The translations under genes were made by a program, and so were the position numbers. From the IMG/VR virus record IMGVR_UViG_2907208306_000002, positions 63,741-127,740 of that record: DNA of 64,000 bases; one strand, given 5' to 3'. The notes beneath the pieces are model-generated. The model ran no database searches. It saw only the letters and a program-made list of their open reading frames with translations, and was not told the DNA's origin. This DNA is from a virus. Lineage: Duplodnaviria > Caudoviricetes. Below are positions 38,535 through 49,283 of the stretch, one piece after another; the stretch's first letter is position 1, and every line of letters starts with the position of its first letter.

Positions 38535-40190
38535 GTGATCATTATAGGTTGGAAGCTCAAGCAGCCCAAGATACCATATAGTGATAATGATATTCTGTAT
38601 GGAAAACTAGCTAAGATTAATGGAATTGAAAACATTGACCAATTTCTAAATCCATTGAGTAATGTAGTACATAGCCCTTACTTACTGAAGAATGTAGATG
38701 CACTATCGGAGAGAATCATTCGAGCTATTAAGAATGGCGAAAAAATCGTTATCTTTGGGGATTGTGATTTCGACGGATTAGTTTCAGGTATTACACTTTA
38801 CAAATACTTACTCAATTTTACTGACAACATTGAACTCAAATATGTTGAGCGCTCTTCTGGTCATGGAACTGCAAATATTATTACTGAGGTTCCAAGGGAT
38901 ACGAACTTATACATAGCTGTTGATAGCAGTAGTAACGATGTAGAGGAAATGAAGCTTCTACAATCCAAAGGTATTGATTGTTTAATAATTGATCACCACT
39001 CGATAACCAATCCTAATCCATATGCTCTTATTGTTAACCCTCAGCAAGAGGGATGTTCTTACCCAAATAAACATGCTTCGGGTGGATTGTTAGTGTGGAA
39101 AGTGTGTTCAGTACTTGATGATTATATGGACACTGATTTTGCAAGAAAATACTCTGATGTTGCCGGTTTCTCCTTGGCAGCAGATATGATGTCCATGCGA
39201 GAACTTGAAAACAGATATTACCTTAAAAATGCACTCAAGTTTGTGAAACACCCAGGACTTAAAGCGTTATTTAAAGAAATGAACTTTGATACTGGCAATC
39301 TATATGCTAATGATTTTGTTTATGGAGTTTCACCTGCGGTAACTGCAGCAACACGAGCTGATAAGATTGGCGTAGCAATTGACTTTCTAATGTGCGACGA
39401 AGAGTCACCAAAACTACCAGGTTTGGTTAAAGAATTAGTTAAGTTGAACGAAGAGCGAAAAGTAATTCAAGCAGAAGCATTAGAAAGACTAAAACCGTCA
39501 ATCGATCCAAATGACAAGGTGATTATTGTTTATGATTCATCCATAGGGAAGGGATATAATGGCTTGGTAGCACAAGAAATTTCAAAGAAGTACAGCAGAC
39601 CGGCTATTGTTCTTGGTGATGGAGATGAAGAAGGAATATATTCTGGCAGTTTTAGAGGGTTAGAGAGCTTTCCACTGCTAGACATTCTTTCAGAGTGTAA
39701 ATTTATTACATTCGCAGTTGGTCATCCCGGAGCAGGGGGTACAGGAGTAAAGATTGAAAACTTAGGAGAGCTGAGAAATGAGTTAAACAATAAATTAGGT
39801 AATGTGGAATTCGATGAAACTCAATATTATGATTTAGAATTCCATGTTGATGAGATTGATGAAAGATTTATTAAATACATAGCAGAGTTTTATCGTGTAT
39901 CGGGTATGGGATTCAAAGAAGGAAAGTTTCTTGTCAAAGGATTATTTGTAGAAGACAAAAAGCCATTGGGTAAGACTAAAAACACTGTAATGATTGACTG
40001 TGGGAACTTGAAGCTGATGAAATTTAAAACGGATAAGGAATTCTACGATAAAGTACCTGTATTTTCGGAAATAGAGGCAATTGGATCGTTGAACGTAAAT
40101 GAGTTTTGGCGATACAACAAAGCAAAAAGAAGAAGAGAACTTGAAAAGACTAATCAGTTATTCATTGATGACTACAGAGTTGTTAATTAA
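38535..40190 (+). CDS. recJ: RecJ-like DHH ssDNA exonuclease (YorK-like)
   Basis: GDCDFDG, IDHH, ADMM, GSFR, GHPGAGG; true start possibly ATT38541 or ATA38544. Confidence 0.92.
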   Translation: MIIIGWKLKQPKIPYSDNDILYGKLAKINGIENIDQFLNPLSNVVHSPYLLKNVDALSERIIRAIKNGEKIVIFGDCDFDGLVSGITLYKYLLNFTDNIELKYVERSSGHGTANIITEVPRDTNLYIAVDSSSNDVEEMKLLQSKGIDCLIIDHHSITNPNPYALIVNPQQEGCSYPNKHASGGLLVWKVCSVLDDYMDTDFARKYSDVAGFSLAADMMSMRELENRYYLKNALKFVKHPGLKALFKEMNFDTGNLYANDFVYGVSPAVTAATRADKIGVAIDFLMCDEESPKLPGLVKELVKLNEERKVIQAEALERLKPSIDPNDKVIIVYDSSIGKGYNGLVAQEISKKYSRPAIVLGDGDEEGIYSGSFRGLESFPLLDILSECKFITFAVGHPGAGGTGVKIENLGELRNELNNKLGNVEFDETQYYDLEFHVDEIDERFIKYIAEFYRVSGMGFKEGKFLVKGLFVEDKKPLGKTKNTVMIDCGNLKLMKFKTDKEFYDKVPVFSEIEAIGSLNVNEFWRYNKAKRRRELEKTNQLFIDDYRVVN

Positions 40191-40280
40191 ATAAACATAA
40201 ATGGAGGAATTTTAAATGAAAAATCATCATCAAGTCCTTAAGTCTAATGAGGGTCGAGTCACAACTCGAATCACAGAGCG

Positions 40281-40526
40281 GTGAAGGACATGAGAATCAA
40301 ATTTACCAAACATGCTTTACAAAGGTGTTCCGAAAGTAACATACGTTGGCAACGTCTTTACAGGGAAATCAGAGATCTTCCGCTTACGGGTAAATGTAGA
40401 TGGGTTACCAAATACGGAGTTTTGATACTGGAACAAGTTAATAGCAGCCTGATTATTGTTAAGACGTTCATTGCTAAGTACAAGTACAAGGGCAAACAGT
40501 TTCATAAAGGATGCAACACTTTTTAA
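40281..40526 (+). CDS. Small basic protein, DUF4258/RelE-like fold possible
   Basis: FTKHALQR motif and terminal VKTF. Confidence 0.5.
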   Translation: MKDMRIKFTKHALQRCSESNIRWQRLYREIRDLPLTGKCRWVTKYGVLILEQVNSSLIIVKTFIAKYKYKGKQFHKGCNTF

Positions 40527-40576
40527 TACATAGATTTGAATGAAATTGAGTTTTTATCAAGAAAGGGGAGAGCGGA

Positions 40577-40795
40577 TTGTATTTATCCGAAAAGAAAGAA
40601 AAAATTTATGTTATTGGTGTTAAAGATAAAGGCTACATCGATCAAGAGGGATATCTTATCCAAGATGTTTTTAATGCTAAAAGCTACCTGGATCTCGATA
40701 GCGCTAGAGAAAAAGCAGTTTTGTTTGCCGAGTTAGGAGATTTATATATCAGAATACTAATTGTCGATAACGCTGGAGTTGCGAACCTAAAATGA
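40577..40795 (+). CDS. Hypothetical protein
   Basis: RBS; flanked by palindromes. Confidence 0.65.
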   Translation: MYLSEKKEKIYVIGVKDKGYIDQEGYLIQDVFNAKSYLDLDSAREKAVLFAELGDLYIRILIVDNAGVANLK

Positions 40796-40834
40796 AAGAA
40801 CTGTTTTATCAAAAATGAAGGGTGGAATTTTTAA

Positions 40835-41110
40835 ATGACGGAAGGTAAAGTGTTGGCTGTTGCTAAGAAGCCATTATTGTCACGAAAAGTAGCACATGAA
40901 AACGATTATGAAACGGCAGTTAGCCAGTGGGAACTACAAGATCTTTTTTTGTTGCATGGCGGTTCACCAACAATTGATGGCGTGGTAACCATAGACACAA
41001 CCCAAGTAGCCAGACAATTTCCTAGATATAAACTACTATATCCAGATGGATTCGTAGATTACGCCAGGATTGACTCATTCAGTAAATGGTATGACATGGT
41101 TATCAGATAA
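40835..41110 (+). CDS. Hypothetical protein
   Basis: RBS; flanked by palindromes. Confidence 0.65.
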   Translation: MTEGKVLAVAKKPLLSRKVAHENDYETAVSQWELQDLFLLHGGSPTIDGVVTIDTTQVARQFPRYKLLYPDGFVDYARIDSFSKWYDMVIR

Positions 41111-41144
41111 AATACAAGCTTTATTAAGAAATGGAGGAGTCAAT

Positions 41145-41399
41145 ATCATTAGAATGATGCACATCACTATTGAAGAAGTTGTAGAAATAAAAGATCCTTT
41201 GAAACCCTGGATGAAAGGTAACGATGCGGCACAAAAAACAACCGTTTACGCTGAAGTTGATGCAAATAATGAAGTTTCCGAATTGATTGTTTTGGATAGA
41301 GAGATATTTTCTGAAGATAAAAATGTAACAACTGGAGTATCCGAGAAAGAGAGCAGTCTTATAAAGAAGATCATACAGGATTATGTCAAAATGAAATAA
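41145..41399 (+). CDS. Hypothetical protein (start ATC41145 to ATG41154)
   Basis: RBS GGAGG after palindrome 41107. Confidence 0.6.
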   Translation: MIRMMHITIEEVVEIKDPLKPWMKGNDAAQKTTVYAEVDANNEVSELIVLDREIFSEDKNVTTGVSEKESSLIKKIIQDYVKMK

Positions 41400-41441
41400 T
41401 GTTTTTATGCAAATATACATAGCGAAGGAGTAATTTGATAA

Positions 41442-41894
41442 ATGATTTTTTGGACACTGGTATTTTTTGTAATTAGCCTATACGGATTGATTAGAGGTTC
41501 AATTTTCTTTGATGCGACTAAGAGAATTAAATTGCTTAGTATTGATAAAGCACAGGGGAAAATTGATGCCGATACTCTAGGCAAGGAATTTGTAAAAGAT
41601 GGTTGCCTTCAATAGATCATTGCAGTAATTTTAGCAGTTGCAGAGTTGATTTATTTGGTGAACGCCTTTCACTATGATACATATAAGATTCCAACCCTGT
41701 TAGCCGTTCTTTTCTTCGTCATGGCATTCATTACAGCTTCATTCAAGAAGAGCATCAATAAGATGGATGCGAATGAATTAGTCGTTGAAAAGGCTAAAGT
41801 TCAAAGTTCTAAAAAGATTTCTTTCAGTAGTGTTATTAGAAGTCTAGTTTGGACGATTTATTTCGGATATATGTTTTATGTCCTGGTGTTTTAA
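41442..41894 (+). pseudogene. Membrane protein gene interrupted by in-frame TAG
   Basis: RBS + ATG41442, TAG at 41613-41615, same frame continues into track ORF 41646..41894. Confidence 0.7.
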
Positions 41895-41941
41895 AATACA
41901 TATTCAACAAGAAAAATATTATTTTAAAGAGGAGAACATAA

Positions 41942-42133
41942 ATGAGAACACCAACAAAGGATGAAATTGCTCAGGTAGTGGCGGAGATAGCTTTCGGTAT
42001 TGGTTCTATTACACTGACTGACTTCCAACGGTATGCTGTTCAATTGTTTATAGAAGAACTTGTACTCACGGAAGATATTGAATCTTATACAAAAACAGAA
42101 TTGTATTCGTATGTACTAAATTATTTACGATAA
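41942..42133 (+). CDS. Hypothetical protein
   Basis: RBS. Confidence 0.65.
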   Translation: MRTPTKDEIAQVVAEIAFGIGSITLTDFQRYAVQLFIEELVLTEDIESYTKTELYSYVLNYLR

Positions 42134-42424
42134 AAGATATATTTTATTAAGGAAAAGGACTGAGAAATTATATTAACAAGAATTCGAATTTTCCTAAGAT
42201 TAACTAACTTATTATTTCAGACTGCGGTGTTGAGTAAGAACTTTGGAGTCTTTTATAAGAGTTGCGGCTTTTGTAAAGGAGTAATGCATCAAAGAATTAA
42301 TTATACCGAAAATCTTGAAACAGGCAGTTATGAAGCGAAGTTTAGATGTAATAAGTGTGGAGCAATAGGGGCAACGCTAGAGCAATGGAATAAGTAAATA
42401 AAAGAATAGATTAGAAAAGGAGTT

Positions 42425-42607
42425 ATGAATATGGGTATTCTTGATCAAATGAAAGAAACGTTTAGACTTTTGACACAAGCAAAAGACGATTTACAGGAGT
42501 GGCTTGATGCAATTGAAGGAGACATGAGTTTCAATGCTGACGCAATCGAAGAAACTAAGTCACTAATTTTAGAAATTGAATCTTTTCTTCACGAAGTAGG
42601 TGCTTAA
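42425..42607 (+). CDS. Hypothetical protein
   Basis: RBS. Confidence 0.6.
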   Translation: MNMGILDQMKETFRLLTQAKDDLQEWLDAIEGDMSFNADAIEETKSLILEIESFLHEVGA

Positions 42608-42807
42608 TGGATAAATACGCAGCCATCGACAAGTATGAAGCTCGAATAAATGATCTAGAAGAAAAGAGAAAATCAACTTTATCGACCCTCGAAGATAAGG
42701 ATGTAGCTAAGCACTCTAAAGTTGTACTTAAGGATGTAGCAGATATTGATGTAGAAATTGCAATATACGTTGATGTTATCGAGACTATCAGTTCATTAGA
42801 AATTTAA
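42607..42807 (+). CDS. Hypothetical protein
   Basis: TAATG overlap. Confidence 0.6.
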   Translation: MDKYAAIDKYEARINDLEEKRKSTLSTLEDKDVAKHSKVVLKDVADIDVEIAIYVDVIETISSLEI

Positions 42808-42840
42808 GATTGTATGTCATAATGGAAGGTTGAGGTAAAA

Positions 42841-43023
42841 GTGGATCTCGAAAAACAGCTATTTGATAGAGTAGTTAAGTTCATGATTGATAACGGAATT
42901 AAATGTGACGAATATGTTGCTCAAAGTGACCACGTAATAGAAAACGCATATGAATTTATTGAGGATTTATTTAATATCGTTGAGCCTCGATTACCAGCAT
43001 CGTTTTTGTATGCGGATGTGTAA
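42841..43023 (+). CDS. Hypothetical protein
   Basis: RBS GAGGT. Confidence 0.6.
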   Translation: MDLEKQLFDRVVKFMIDNGIKCDEYVAQSDHVIENAYEFIEDLFNIVEPRLPASFLYADV

Positions 43024-43046
43024 TTTAAATGAAAGGAGGTGTTAAG

Positions 43047-43319
43047 CTGAGTCGCAAACTTAAAAAGAAAAGTGCGTTCAGAGTTCAAGATCTATGGGAA
43101 ATTGAAAAAATGGCCCTATACGCCATTGCACGTACTGAGAAATACATAGAAGCTGAACCGAATCCCAGATTGAGGAGCATGGCCAAGGGAAGTATTGAAC
43201 ATTACAAAGAGATTATTATGAAGTGTTATTGGCAGCAAGGTAAAAAAGCAGCAGATAGCTGGAATAAGTATTTGCCTGATTTAAATAGCCAGGATAGAGA
43301 AAGGAATGATGAAAAATAA
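43047..43319 (+). CDS. Hypothetical protein, probable CTG start
   Basis: RBS AAAGGAGGTG + CTG. Confidence 0.6.
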   Translation: MSRKLKKKSAFRVQDLWEIEKMALYAIARTEKYIEAEPNPRLRSMAKGSIEHYKEIIMKCYWQQGKKAADSWNKYLPDLNSQDRERNDEK

Positions 43320-44431
43320 AAACTAACATATTTATTCCTAAGAAAATTAAAGTAGGATTCCAAAACAGAGATAATACATATACAAAGAAGCTAGCTTATG
43401 TAATTTACTACGACCACAAAGATAAACTACGCAAAGAGGCATCTTGGCAGAACTGGAGAGATGAAAAAATTGATCCGGTTGACTATGATAATGAACCCCT
43501 GTCTGGGTTTGTATTAAATAAGAAAGTTGGAGATTACGTTTCAGATTGGAATCACCGCCAAGCATACGTTCGAGTATATGATCCAAGAGGATTTGAATTC
43601 GAAATCACCATTGAAAACTTGCTTTATATCCTGGAAAATGCAAACTCAATCAAAGGTAAAGGGCTTGAGGGGGAGTTTGTATACGGATGGGACGGTAAGG
43701 AGCTGGTTTTAATGCCAGTTGACTCGCCGGATTATAAAGAAATTAGCTCATTTAATAAAATTCTACATGAGAAAAACTATATAAAATCTAAAGAATTAAT
43801 TGTTGGGGCGACTTATAAAACAAAAGAAAATCAAGAATTAGTTTATATGGGCAGATTTGATTACTGGGGATCGAAATGGAATCGTGATAACGGCTCTTAT
43901 GAATATCTAAACAAAGGAAAGTACTATTACTTCGCACAAGAAACAACAAACTATCGCAAGAAACCGGATCTTAATATAGTCGATTTGAAATCATTAGGCG
44001 ATAAAATTATTGAATGCGTTACTGCGGAGTGCAGTGAACGATATGCAGATATATTTGAAATGCTTGAGCACAAATCATGCTATTCGCCATATGACGAAAG
44101 TAAAGACGAGTATGTCTACTACGACAAATATAGATTTTGTGAAAAGGTTAAAGCAAAAATAGATAAATACTATTGGCATTACTCCACTTCTGTATATATT
44201 GAAAACAATGAGAACGGAATTGCGGAAGTTTCTGGTGATGGCAAGGACATTGCGCGTTATCAAATTACACAAAATAAAAAAGTCCCTCGTGTTTGGGGTA
44301 GTGGATATGAGACGAAGAAAGAAACGTTGTATTCTGGCTCCCTAGAAGAAATTTGGGAAAGATATAAACCTAGATTCAGAAACAAATATCTAGCGAATGG
44401 AAAGCTATATCAAAATGGAGATGAAAATTAA
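43316..44431 (+). CDS. Hypothetical phage protein, probable ATA start (about 371 aa)
   Basis: Frame open 101 codons upstream of track start (IFIPKKIKVGFQ...RVYDPRGFEFEI) with no ATG/GTG/TTG. Confidence 0.7.
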   Translation: MKTNIFIPKKIKVGFQNRDNTYTKKLAYVIYYDHKDKLRKEASWQNWRDEKIDPVDYDNEPLSGFVLNKKVGDYVSDWNHRQAYVRVYDPRGFEFEITIENLLYILENANSIKGKGLEGEFVYGWDGKELVLMPVDSPDYKEISSFNKILHEKNYIKSKELIVGATYKTKENQELVYMGRFDYWGSKWNRDNGSYEYLNKGKYYYFAQETTNYRKKPDLNIVDLKSLGDKIIECVTAECSERYADIFEMLEHKSCYSPYDESKDEYVYYDKYRFCEKVKAKIDKYYWHYSTSVYIENNENGIAEVSGDGKDIARYQITQNKKVPRVWGSGYETKKETLYSGSLEEIWERYKPRFRNKYLANGKLYQNGDEN

Positions 44432-44841
44432 TGGCAAACTTAAATGATCAAAAAATTCTTGAACTTAAAAAGCAAATCGAAGAGAAAAAGAAATTGATTG
44501 GTAAATCAAAAAAGTTCTCACCAATCACTAACTGCTCCATTGAACTTGATGGAGTAAGACAGAATATTCAGACACTAGGCAAAGAACAACTGGTTCTGAT
44601 GCTGATTAAACTAAATGCCTACGCAGCTTCTGCGAAGGAACTCGGTTTATTAGATGTATATAATGTTAGCGGATATAACGTAATTGAATGGATTGAGGAT
44701 CTTAAAGCAAAACTTGACTTTATTAATCGTAAAGATGAAGAGAACAAACTAAAAGCAATGGAGGCTAAGTTGGATAAATTGCTGTCTGATGAAAAGAAGG
44801 TTGAACTAGAAATTGATGAAATTGAAGCAGCATTGAAGTAG
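44431..44841 (+). CDS. Coiled-coil hypothetical protein
   Basis: TAATG-coupled to previous gene. Confidence 0.75.
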   Translation: MANLNDQKILELKKQIEEKKKLIGKSKKFSPITNCSIELDGVRQNIQTLGKEQLVLMLIKLNAYAASAKELGLLDVYNVSGYNVIEWIEDLKAKLDFINRKDEENKLKAMEAKLDKLLSDEKKVELEIDEIEAALK

Positions 44842-44881
44842 TGGATGAAAGTCAAATTCCATCAAGAAAGGGGTCTTAAAT

Positions 44882-45064
44882 ATGGAGATTATTATTCATT
44901 TAAAAGACAATGTACAACTTATTACAAAGGTTAAAGCAGATAACTTTGATAATTTTAAGAGAGAATATTTCCAGGGTATTGCAGCCGGTAAAAAATTTGT
45001 GGCTACTGCAGACTCAATTCTTAGATACGACGATATTTTAATGGTTACGCAGCATTCTAAATAA
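44882..45064 (+). CDS. Hypothetical protein
   Basis: RBS. Confidence 0.6.
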   Translation: MEIIIHLKDNVQLITKVKADNFDNFKREYFQGIAAGKKFVATADSILRYDDILMVTQHSK

Positions 45065-45074
45065 AGAAAAGCCG

Positions 45075-45103
45075 TTGACTTAACGTTATAAAATAAATAT
45101 AAT
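45075..45103 (+). promoter_or_regulatory. SigA promoter upstream of the nrd cluster
   Basis: TTGACT-17 bp-TATAAT. Confidence 0.75.
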
Positions 45104-45134
45104 AATATAATGTAGACATAAGGAGGCGATAAAT

Positions 45135-45359
45135 ATTAGAACTGTCTACGAACTAACCGATGTGTTGATTGATTGTTTTGAAAGAGATGTTGGAACAGAA
45201 CTTGAGGAGATGCTGCACGACGACAAATACGTAACAAGTAAATTAAAGAAGCATCTTGGAACAAAAGTATTCAAGGAATACGATGCGTTGAGTGAAGATG
45301 TATGGCGAGATGCTTGGATGGATTTCGGCTTGAAGATGTGGAAGAAACAGAATACATAA
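45135..45359 (+). CDS. Hypothetical protein, probable ATT start
   Basis: RBS AAGGAGG + ATT in frame with track ORF. Confidence 0.6.
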   Translation: MRTVYELTDVLIDCFERDVGTELEEMLHDDKYVTSKLKKHLGTKVFKEYDALSEDVWRDAWMDFGLKMWKKQNT

Positions 45360-45378
45360 ATTTAAAGGGAGCACAAAG

Positions 45379-45645
45379 ATGAACTTGAATCCAACGATGC
45401 AAGAGATGATTGAAATTTTTGAGGACGCTAAAGAATTTGGAGCACAATACATCGCTGTAAAAATTGAGATGGACGGTTTTGAAAAACCGGAAGTAATTAT
45501 CAACGAAAAAGAAAACATCGACACTAAGCTTGCTTATTATAAGAATACATACAATGAGGATCTAACTCACAAATACTCTAAGGAAATTCGGATTGTAAAT
45601 TACTCTTACGGTAACTCATATGACGAATTCCTTAATACATTATAA
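45379..45645 (+). CDS. Hypothetical phage protein
   Basis: RBS; EVIIN...KLAYYKNTYNEDL. Confidence 0.7.
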   Translation: MNLNPTMQEMIEIFEDAKEFGAQYIAVKIEMDGFEKPEVIINEKENIDTKLAYYKNTYNEDLTHKYSKEIRIVNYSYGNSYDEFLNTL

Positions 45646-45668
45646 ATACATAAAGAAGTGATTATAAA

Positions 45669-46022
45669 TTGCTGATTGTTTACGATTCAATGACTGGCAA
45701 TGTGGATCGTTTTGTGAAGAAACTCGGTTTGAGGAATAAAAAGATTGAACCTAGACTAGTAGTTGAGGAACCATTTCTCTTAATAACCTATTCTATCGGG
45801 TTTGGAGAAGTTCCCAAGAAGGTGAATGGCTTCTTAACTGCTAATAGCCATAATCTACGTGGGGTAATAGGTAGCGGTAACAAGATTTGGGGAGCCAACT
45901 ATTGTGGAGCAGCAGAAAAAATTGCTAAAGAGTTCAACGTTCCGTTGGTACATAAATTTGAACTATCGGGAACTGATAAAGATGTAGAGAAAGTACAACA
46001 GGAGGCCAAAAATATTGGATAG
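45669..46022 (+). CDS. nrdI: Class Ib RNR flavodoxin NrdI
   Basis: YDSMTGNVDRFV, GSGNKIWG, KFELSGT. Confidence 0.95.
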   Translation: MLIVYDSMTGNVDRFVKKLGLRNKKIEPRLVVEEPFLLITYSIGFGEVPKKVNGFLTANSHNLRGVIGSGNKIWGANYCGAAEKIAKEFNVPLVHKFELSGTDKDVEKVQQEAKNIG

Positions 46023-49000
46023 CGTTCCAAAGTATATCAAACTTAATAATGAGATTATGATCCAAGATGACGGTAAGTTTCAATTTGAGAAGGACAGAGA
46101 TGCAGTTAAAAGTTACTTTATTGATTATATAAACCAAAACACCGTCTTCTTCCATGATTTAAAAGAGAAATTGGATTACTTGATTGAAAATGACTACTAT
46201 GAAGAAGAATTTCTAAGCAAGTATACATATGAACAGATTAAAGACATTTACAATATCGCCTATGCTAAGAAGTTTAGATTCCCTTCCTTTATGAGTGCTT
46301 TCAAATTTTATAATGATTATGCGCTAAAAACAAACGACAAGAGAAAGATTCTTGAACGTTATGAAGATCGAATTGCTATTGTTGCACTTTACCTGGGCGA
46401 TGGTGATTATGATAAAGCTAAGAAACTGGTTAACGCGCTAATCAATCAAGAGCTTCAACCATCTACTCCAACATTCCTTAATGCTGGTCGCAAACGCAGA
46501 GGAGAACTGGTAAGCTGCTTTCTAATGGAGGTTAACGACTCCTTAAATGACATTTCTAAAGCAGTAGATATGTCAATGCAACTGTCGAAAGTAGGCGGCG
46601 GTGTTTCATTAAATCTCTCTAAGATTAGAGCAAAAGGGGAAGCCATTAAAGGCATCGAGAATGCAACAAAAGGTGTTGTCGGTGTTATGAAGTTGCTTGA
46701 TCACTCTTTTCGATATGCCGATCAAATGGGACAAAGACAAGGGTCAGGAGCGGCATACTTAAATGTATTTCATGCAGATATTAATGATTTCTTAGACACC
46801 AAAAAGATCAGTGCAGACGAAGATGTTCGAGTCAAAACACTCTCAATTGGTGTTGTAATCCCCGATAAATTCATTGAACTTGCTAAAGAGGATAAGGATG
46901 CTTATGTGTTCTATCCGTATACAGTTTATAAAGAATACGGAACGCATCTTGATGATATGGATTTTAATTCAATGTATGATGAGTTGGCAGAAAATCCAAA
47001 TGTCCGGAAAGATAAAGTGAACCCAAGAAAATTGCTTGAAAAGATGGCCATTTTGCGATTTGAGTCTGGTTATCCATACATCATGTTTGAGGATAATGTT
47101 AATGCTGAACACACATTACAGGAAATTGGCAAAGTTAAATTTAGTAATCTGTGTGTTACGGGCGACACAAAACTTCTTACGGCAGACGGATACCGTACAG
47201 CCAAAGAACTTTATAGTGAACAAGAGAACCTTAGAGTAGTGATTGATAATAGAACAAAAGAGTTAGATGCTAACAACAGAGGGACGTCTATTGTAAATGC
47301 TATACCGATGCAATTAACAGCAAAACAAGCTGATGTTTATAAATTGTCTACACAACAAGGCTACGAAATCAATGCAACAGGCTGGCATAAGATGTATGTT
47401 TCCAGGGATAACAAAGTTATCAAAATTCCAATGAATGAGGTTGCTATCGGAGATAAGGTTCTTGTGCAATCAGGAGAAGGTTCTTTTGGTAAAATTCATG
47501 CTCCAGAACTTGCTTACATCGCTGGTCTCATCGCAGGGGATGGATGTATTGATGATACAACGGCAATCATCTATCTGTATGGCAATAAATCTTCAATTAG
47601 AGATCGAGTCGAAAAAAATGTATCTTATATAATTGATCAATACTTGGATAAAAATTTTATATATAAACACAGCGCAAATTTTCATCCAACATTTAACGAA
47701 TCGTCTGATGGATCACGTATTGTATTAACTAGCCAGTTACTTAAAAAAGTGTTAGGTATGTTTTTTATTAATAAAGATACAAAAACTGTAATTCCAGAAA
47801 TTGTGTTTGCCGGAGACAAGGCGACTCAAGCTGCATACCTATCAGGGCTGTATCAAATGGATGGAACAGTGAACTGCAATGAAAGATATAAGGCAGGATC
47901 AATTGAACTAACATCTACAAATAAACAAAGTCTCAAAGAAATTCAGATGATGTTGTTGAATATGGGTGTTTATAGCACCGTTTATAGTTACAACAATGAA
48001 GGTTTGCGATCAATGCCAGATGGGAAAGGTGGATATAAGGATTACTACTGCAAAGAAACGCATAAGATTACTATCCAAGACAGGAACTCTAGGGAACTTT
48101 TTAACTCAATTATAGAGCTCAAAGATACAGATAGAACTAAACTTGCGGATTTCACTAAGACACTAAAACCTAAATCGAGAAATCCGAAGCACAACTATAC
48201 TGCGACTGTCTCTAACATTGAATACATAGGTAAAGAAGATGTATATGACACCACCCAAGAAGACTATCACTCTCTCATCTTTAATGGAATTGTTACAGGA
48301 AACTGTTCTGAAATTCTTCAGTATTCAGATGTTTCATCTTACACAGATTATACCCATGAAGATGAGCTCGGCATGGATATTTCCTGCAACTTAGCCTCTA
48401 TTAATATTGTTAATGTGATGGAGAATAAATCTATCAAAGATACTGTGAAGGTAAGCGTTGATGCTCTGACTACAGTTTCTGAAAAAACCAGTATTGAAAA
48501 TGCTCCTGGAGTACAAAAAGGGAACAATCTAATGAGGTCAATTGGATTAGGGGCAATGAACCTACATGGTTTCCTTGCAAAGAATAAAATCATGTATGAG
48601 AGCGAACAGGCAAGAGATTTCGCAAACACGTTTTTCATGATGGTTAATTATTATTCCATTGAGCGTTCTATGGAAATCGCAAGAGATACCGGCATTAAAT
48701 ACTACGGCTTTGAAAAATCAACTTATGCTTCTGGTGAGTACTTTAACAAGTACACTAACCAAGATTTCAATCCTAACAATGACAAGGTTAAGGCGCTCTT
48801 TGAAGGGATCTATATTCCAACCGTTGAAGATTGGAAAGTGTTAAAAGAGATGGTCATGAAGCATGGTCTTACTAACTCTTACAGACTTGCAATTGCACCA
48901 ACTGGTTCAATTTCATATGTGCAGTCTTCAACAGCTTCTGTCATGCCAATCATGGAGAGAATCGAAGAAAGAACTTATGGTAATTCAAAAACATATTATC

Positions 49001-49263
49001 CAATGCCTTACTTGTCGCCTGAAACATGGTTTTTCTACAAAGAAGCTTATGACATGGATATGTTTAGAGTAGTGGACATGATTTCAACGATTCAACAACA
49101 TATTGATCAGGGCATCAGCTTTACATTGTTTATGAAAGACACTCATACAACTAGAGATTTAAATAGAATCGATTTGTATGCTCATCACAAGGGAATCAAA
49201 ACGCTCTATTATGCCCGAACAAAAGATACATCTAGAGAAGTATGCTTGTCATGCTCAGTTTAA
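46015..49263 (+). CDS. nrdE: Class Ib ribonucleotide reductase alpha subunit with intein
   Basis: [18 protein letters not shown]|CSE, APTGSIS, C-terminal CLSC. Confidence 0.96.
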   Translation: MDSVPKYIKLNNEIMIQDDGKFQFEKDRDAVKSYFIDYINQNTVFFHDLKEKLDYLIENDYYEEEFLSKYTYEQIKDIYNIAYAKKFRFPSFMSAFKFYNDYALKTNDKRKILERYEDRIAIVALYLGDGDYDKAKKLVNALINQELQPSTPTFLNAGRKRRGELVSCFLMEVNDSLNDISKAVDMSMQLSKVGGGVSLNLSKIRAKGEAIKGIENATKGVVGVMKLLDHSFRYADQMGQRQGSGAAYLNVFHADINDFLDTKKISADEDVRVKTLSIGVVIPDKFIELAKEDKDAYVFYPYTVYKEYGTHLDDMDFNSMYDELAENPNVRKDKVNPRKLLEKMAILRFESGYPYIMFEDNVNAEHTLQEIGKVKFSNLCVTGDTKLLTADGYRTAKELYSEQENLRVVIDNRTKELDANNRGTSIVNAIPMQLTAKQADVYKLSTQQGYEINATGWHKMYVSRDNKVIKIPMNEVAIGDKVLVQSGEGSFGKIHAPELAYIAGLIAGDGCIDDTTAIIYLYGNKSSIRDRVEKNVSYIIDQYLDKNFIYKHSANFHPTFNESSDGSRIVLTSQLLKKVLGMFFINKDTKTVIPEIVFAGDKATQAAYLSGLYQMDGTVNCNERYKAGSIELTSTNKQSLKEIQMMLLNMGVYSTVYSYNNEGLRSMPDGKGGYKDYYCKETHKITIQDRNSRELFNSIIELKDTDRTKLADFTKTLKPKSRNPKHNYTATVSNIEYIGKEDVYDTTQEDYHSLIFNGIVTGNCSEILQYSDVSSYTDYTHEDELGMDISCNLASINIVNVMENKSIKDTVKVSVDALTTVSEKTSIENAPGVQKGNNLMRSIGLGAMNLHGFLAKNKIMYESEQARDFANTFFMMVNYYSIERSMEIARDTGIKYYGFEKSTYASGEYFNKYTNQDFNPNNDKVKALFEGIYIPTVEDWKVLKEMVMKHGLTNSYRLAIAPTGSISYVQSSTASVMPIMERIEERTYGNSKTYYPMPYLSPETWFFYKEAYDMDMFRVVDMISTIQQHIDQGISFTLFMKDTHTTRDLNRIDLYAHHKGIKTLYYARTKDTSREVCLSCSV
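47152..48303 (+). mobile_element. Intein (384 aa) with LAGLIDADG homing endonuclease
   Basis: CVTGDT...IVTGN|C inserted at FSNL/CSEI; [10 protein letters not shown] and [10 protein letters not shown]. Confidence 0.93.
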
Positions 49264-49283
49264 ATAAGAGGGAGAATAAACAA

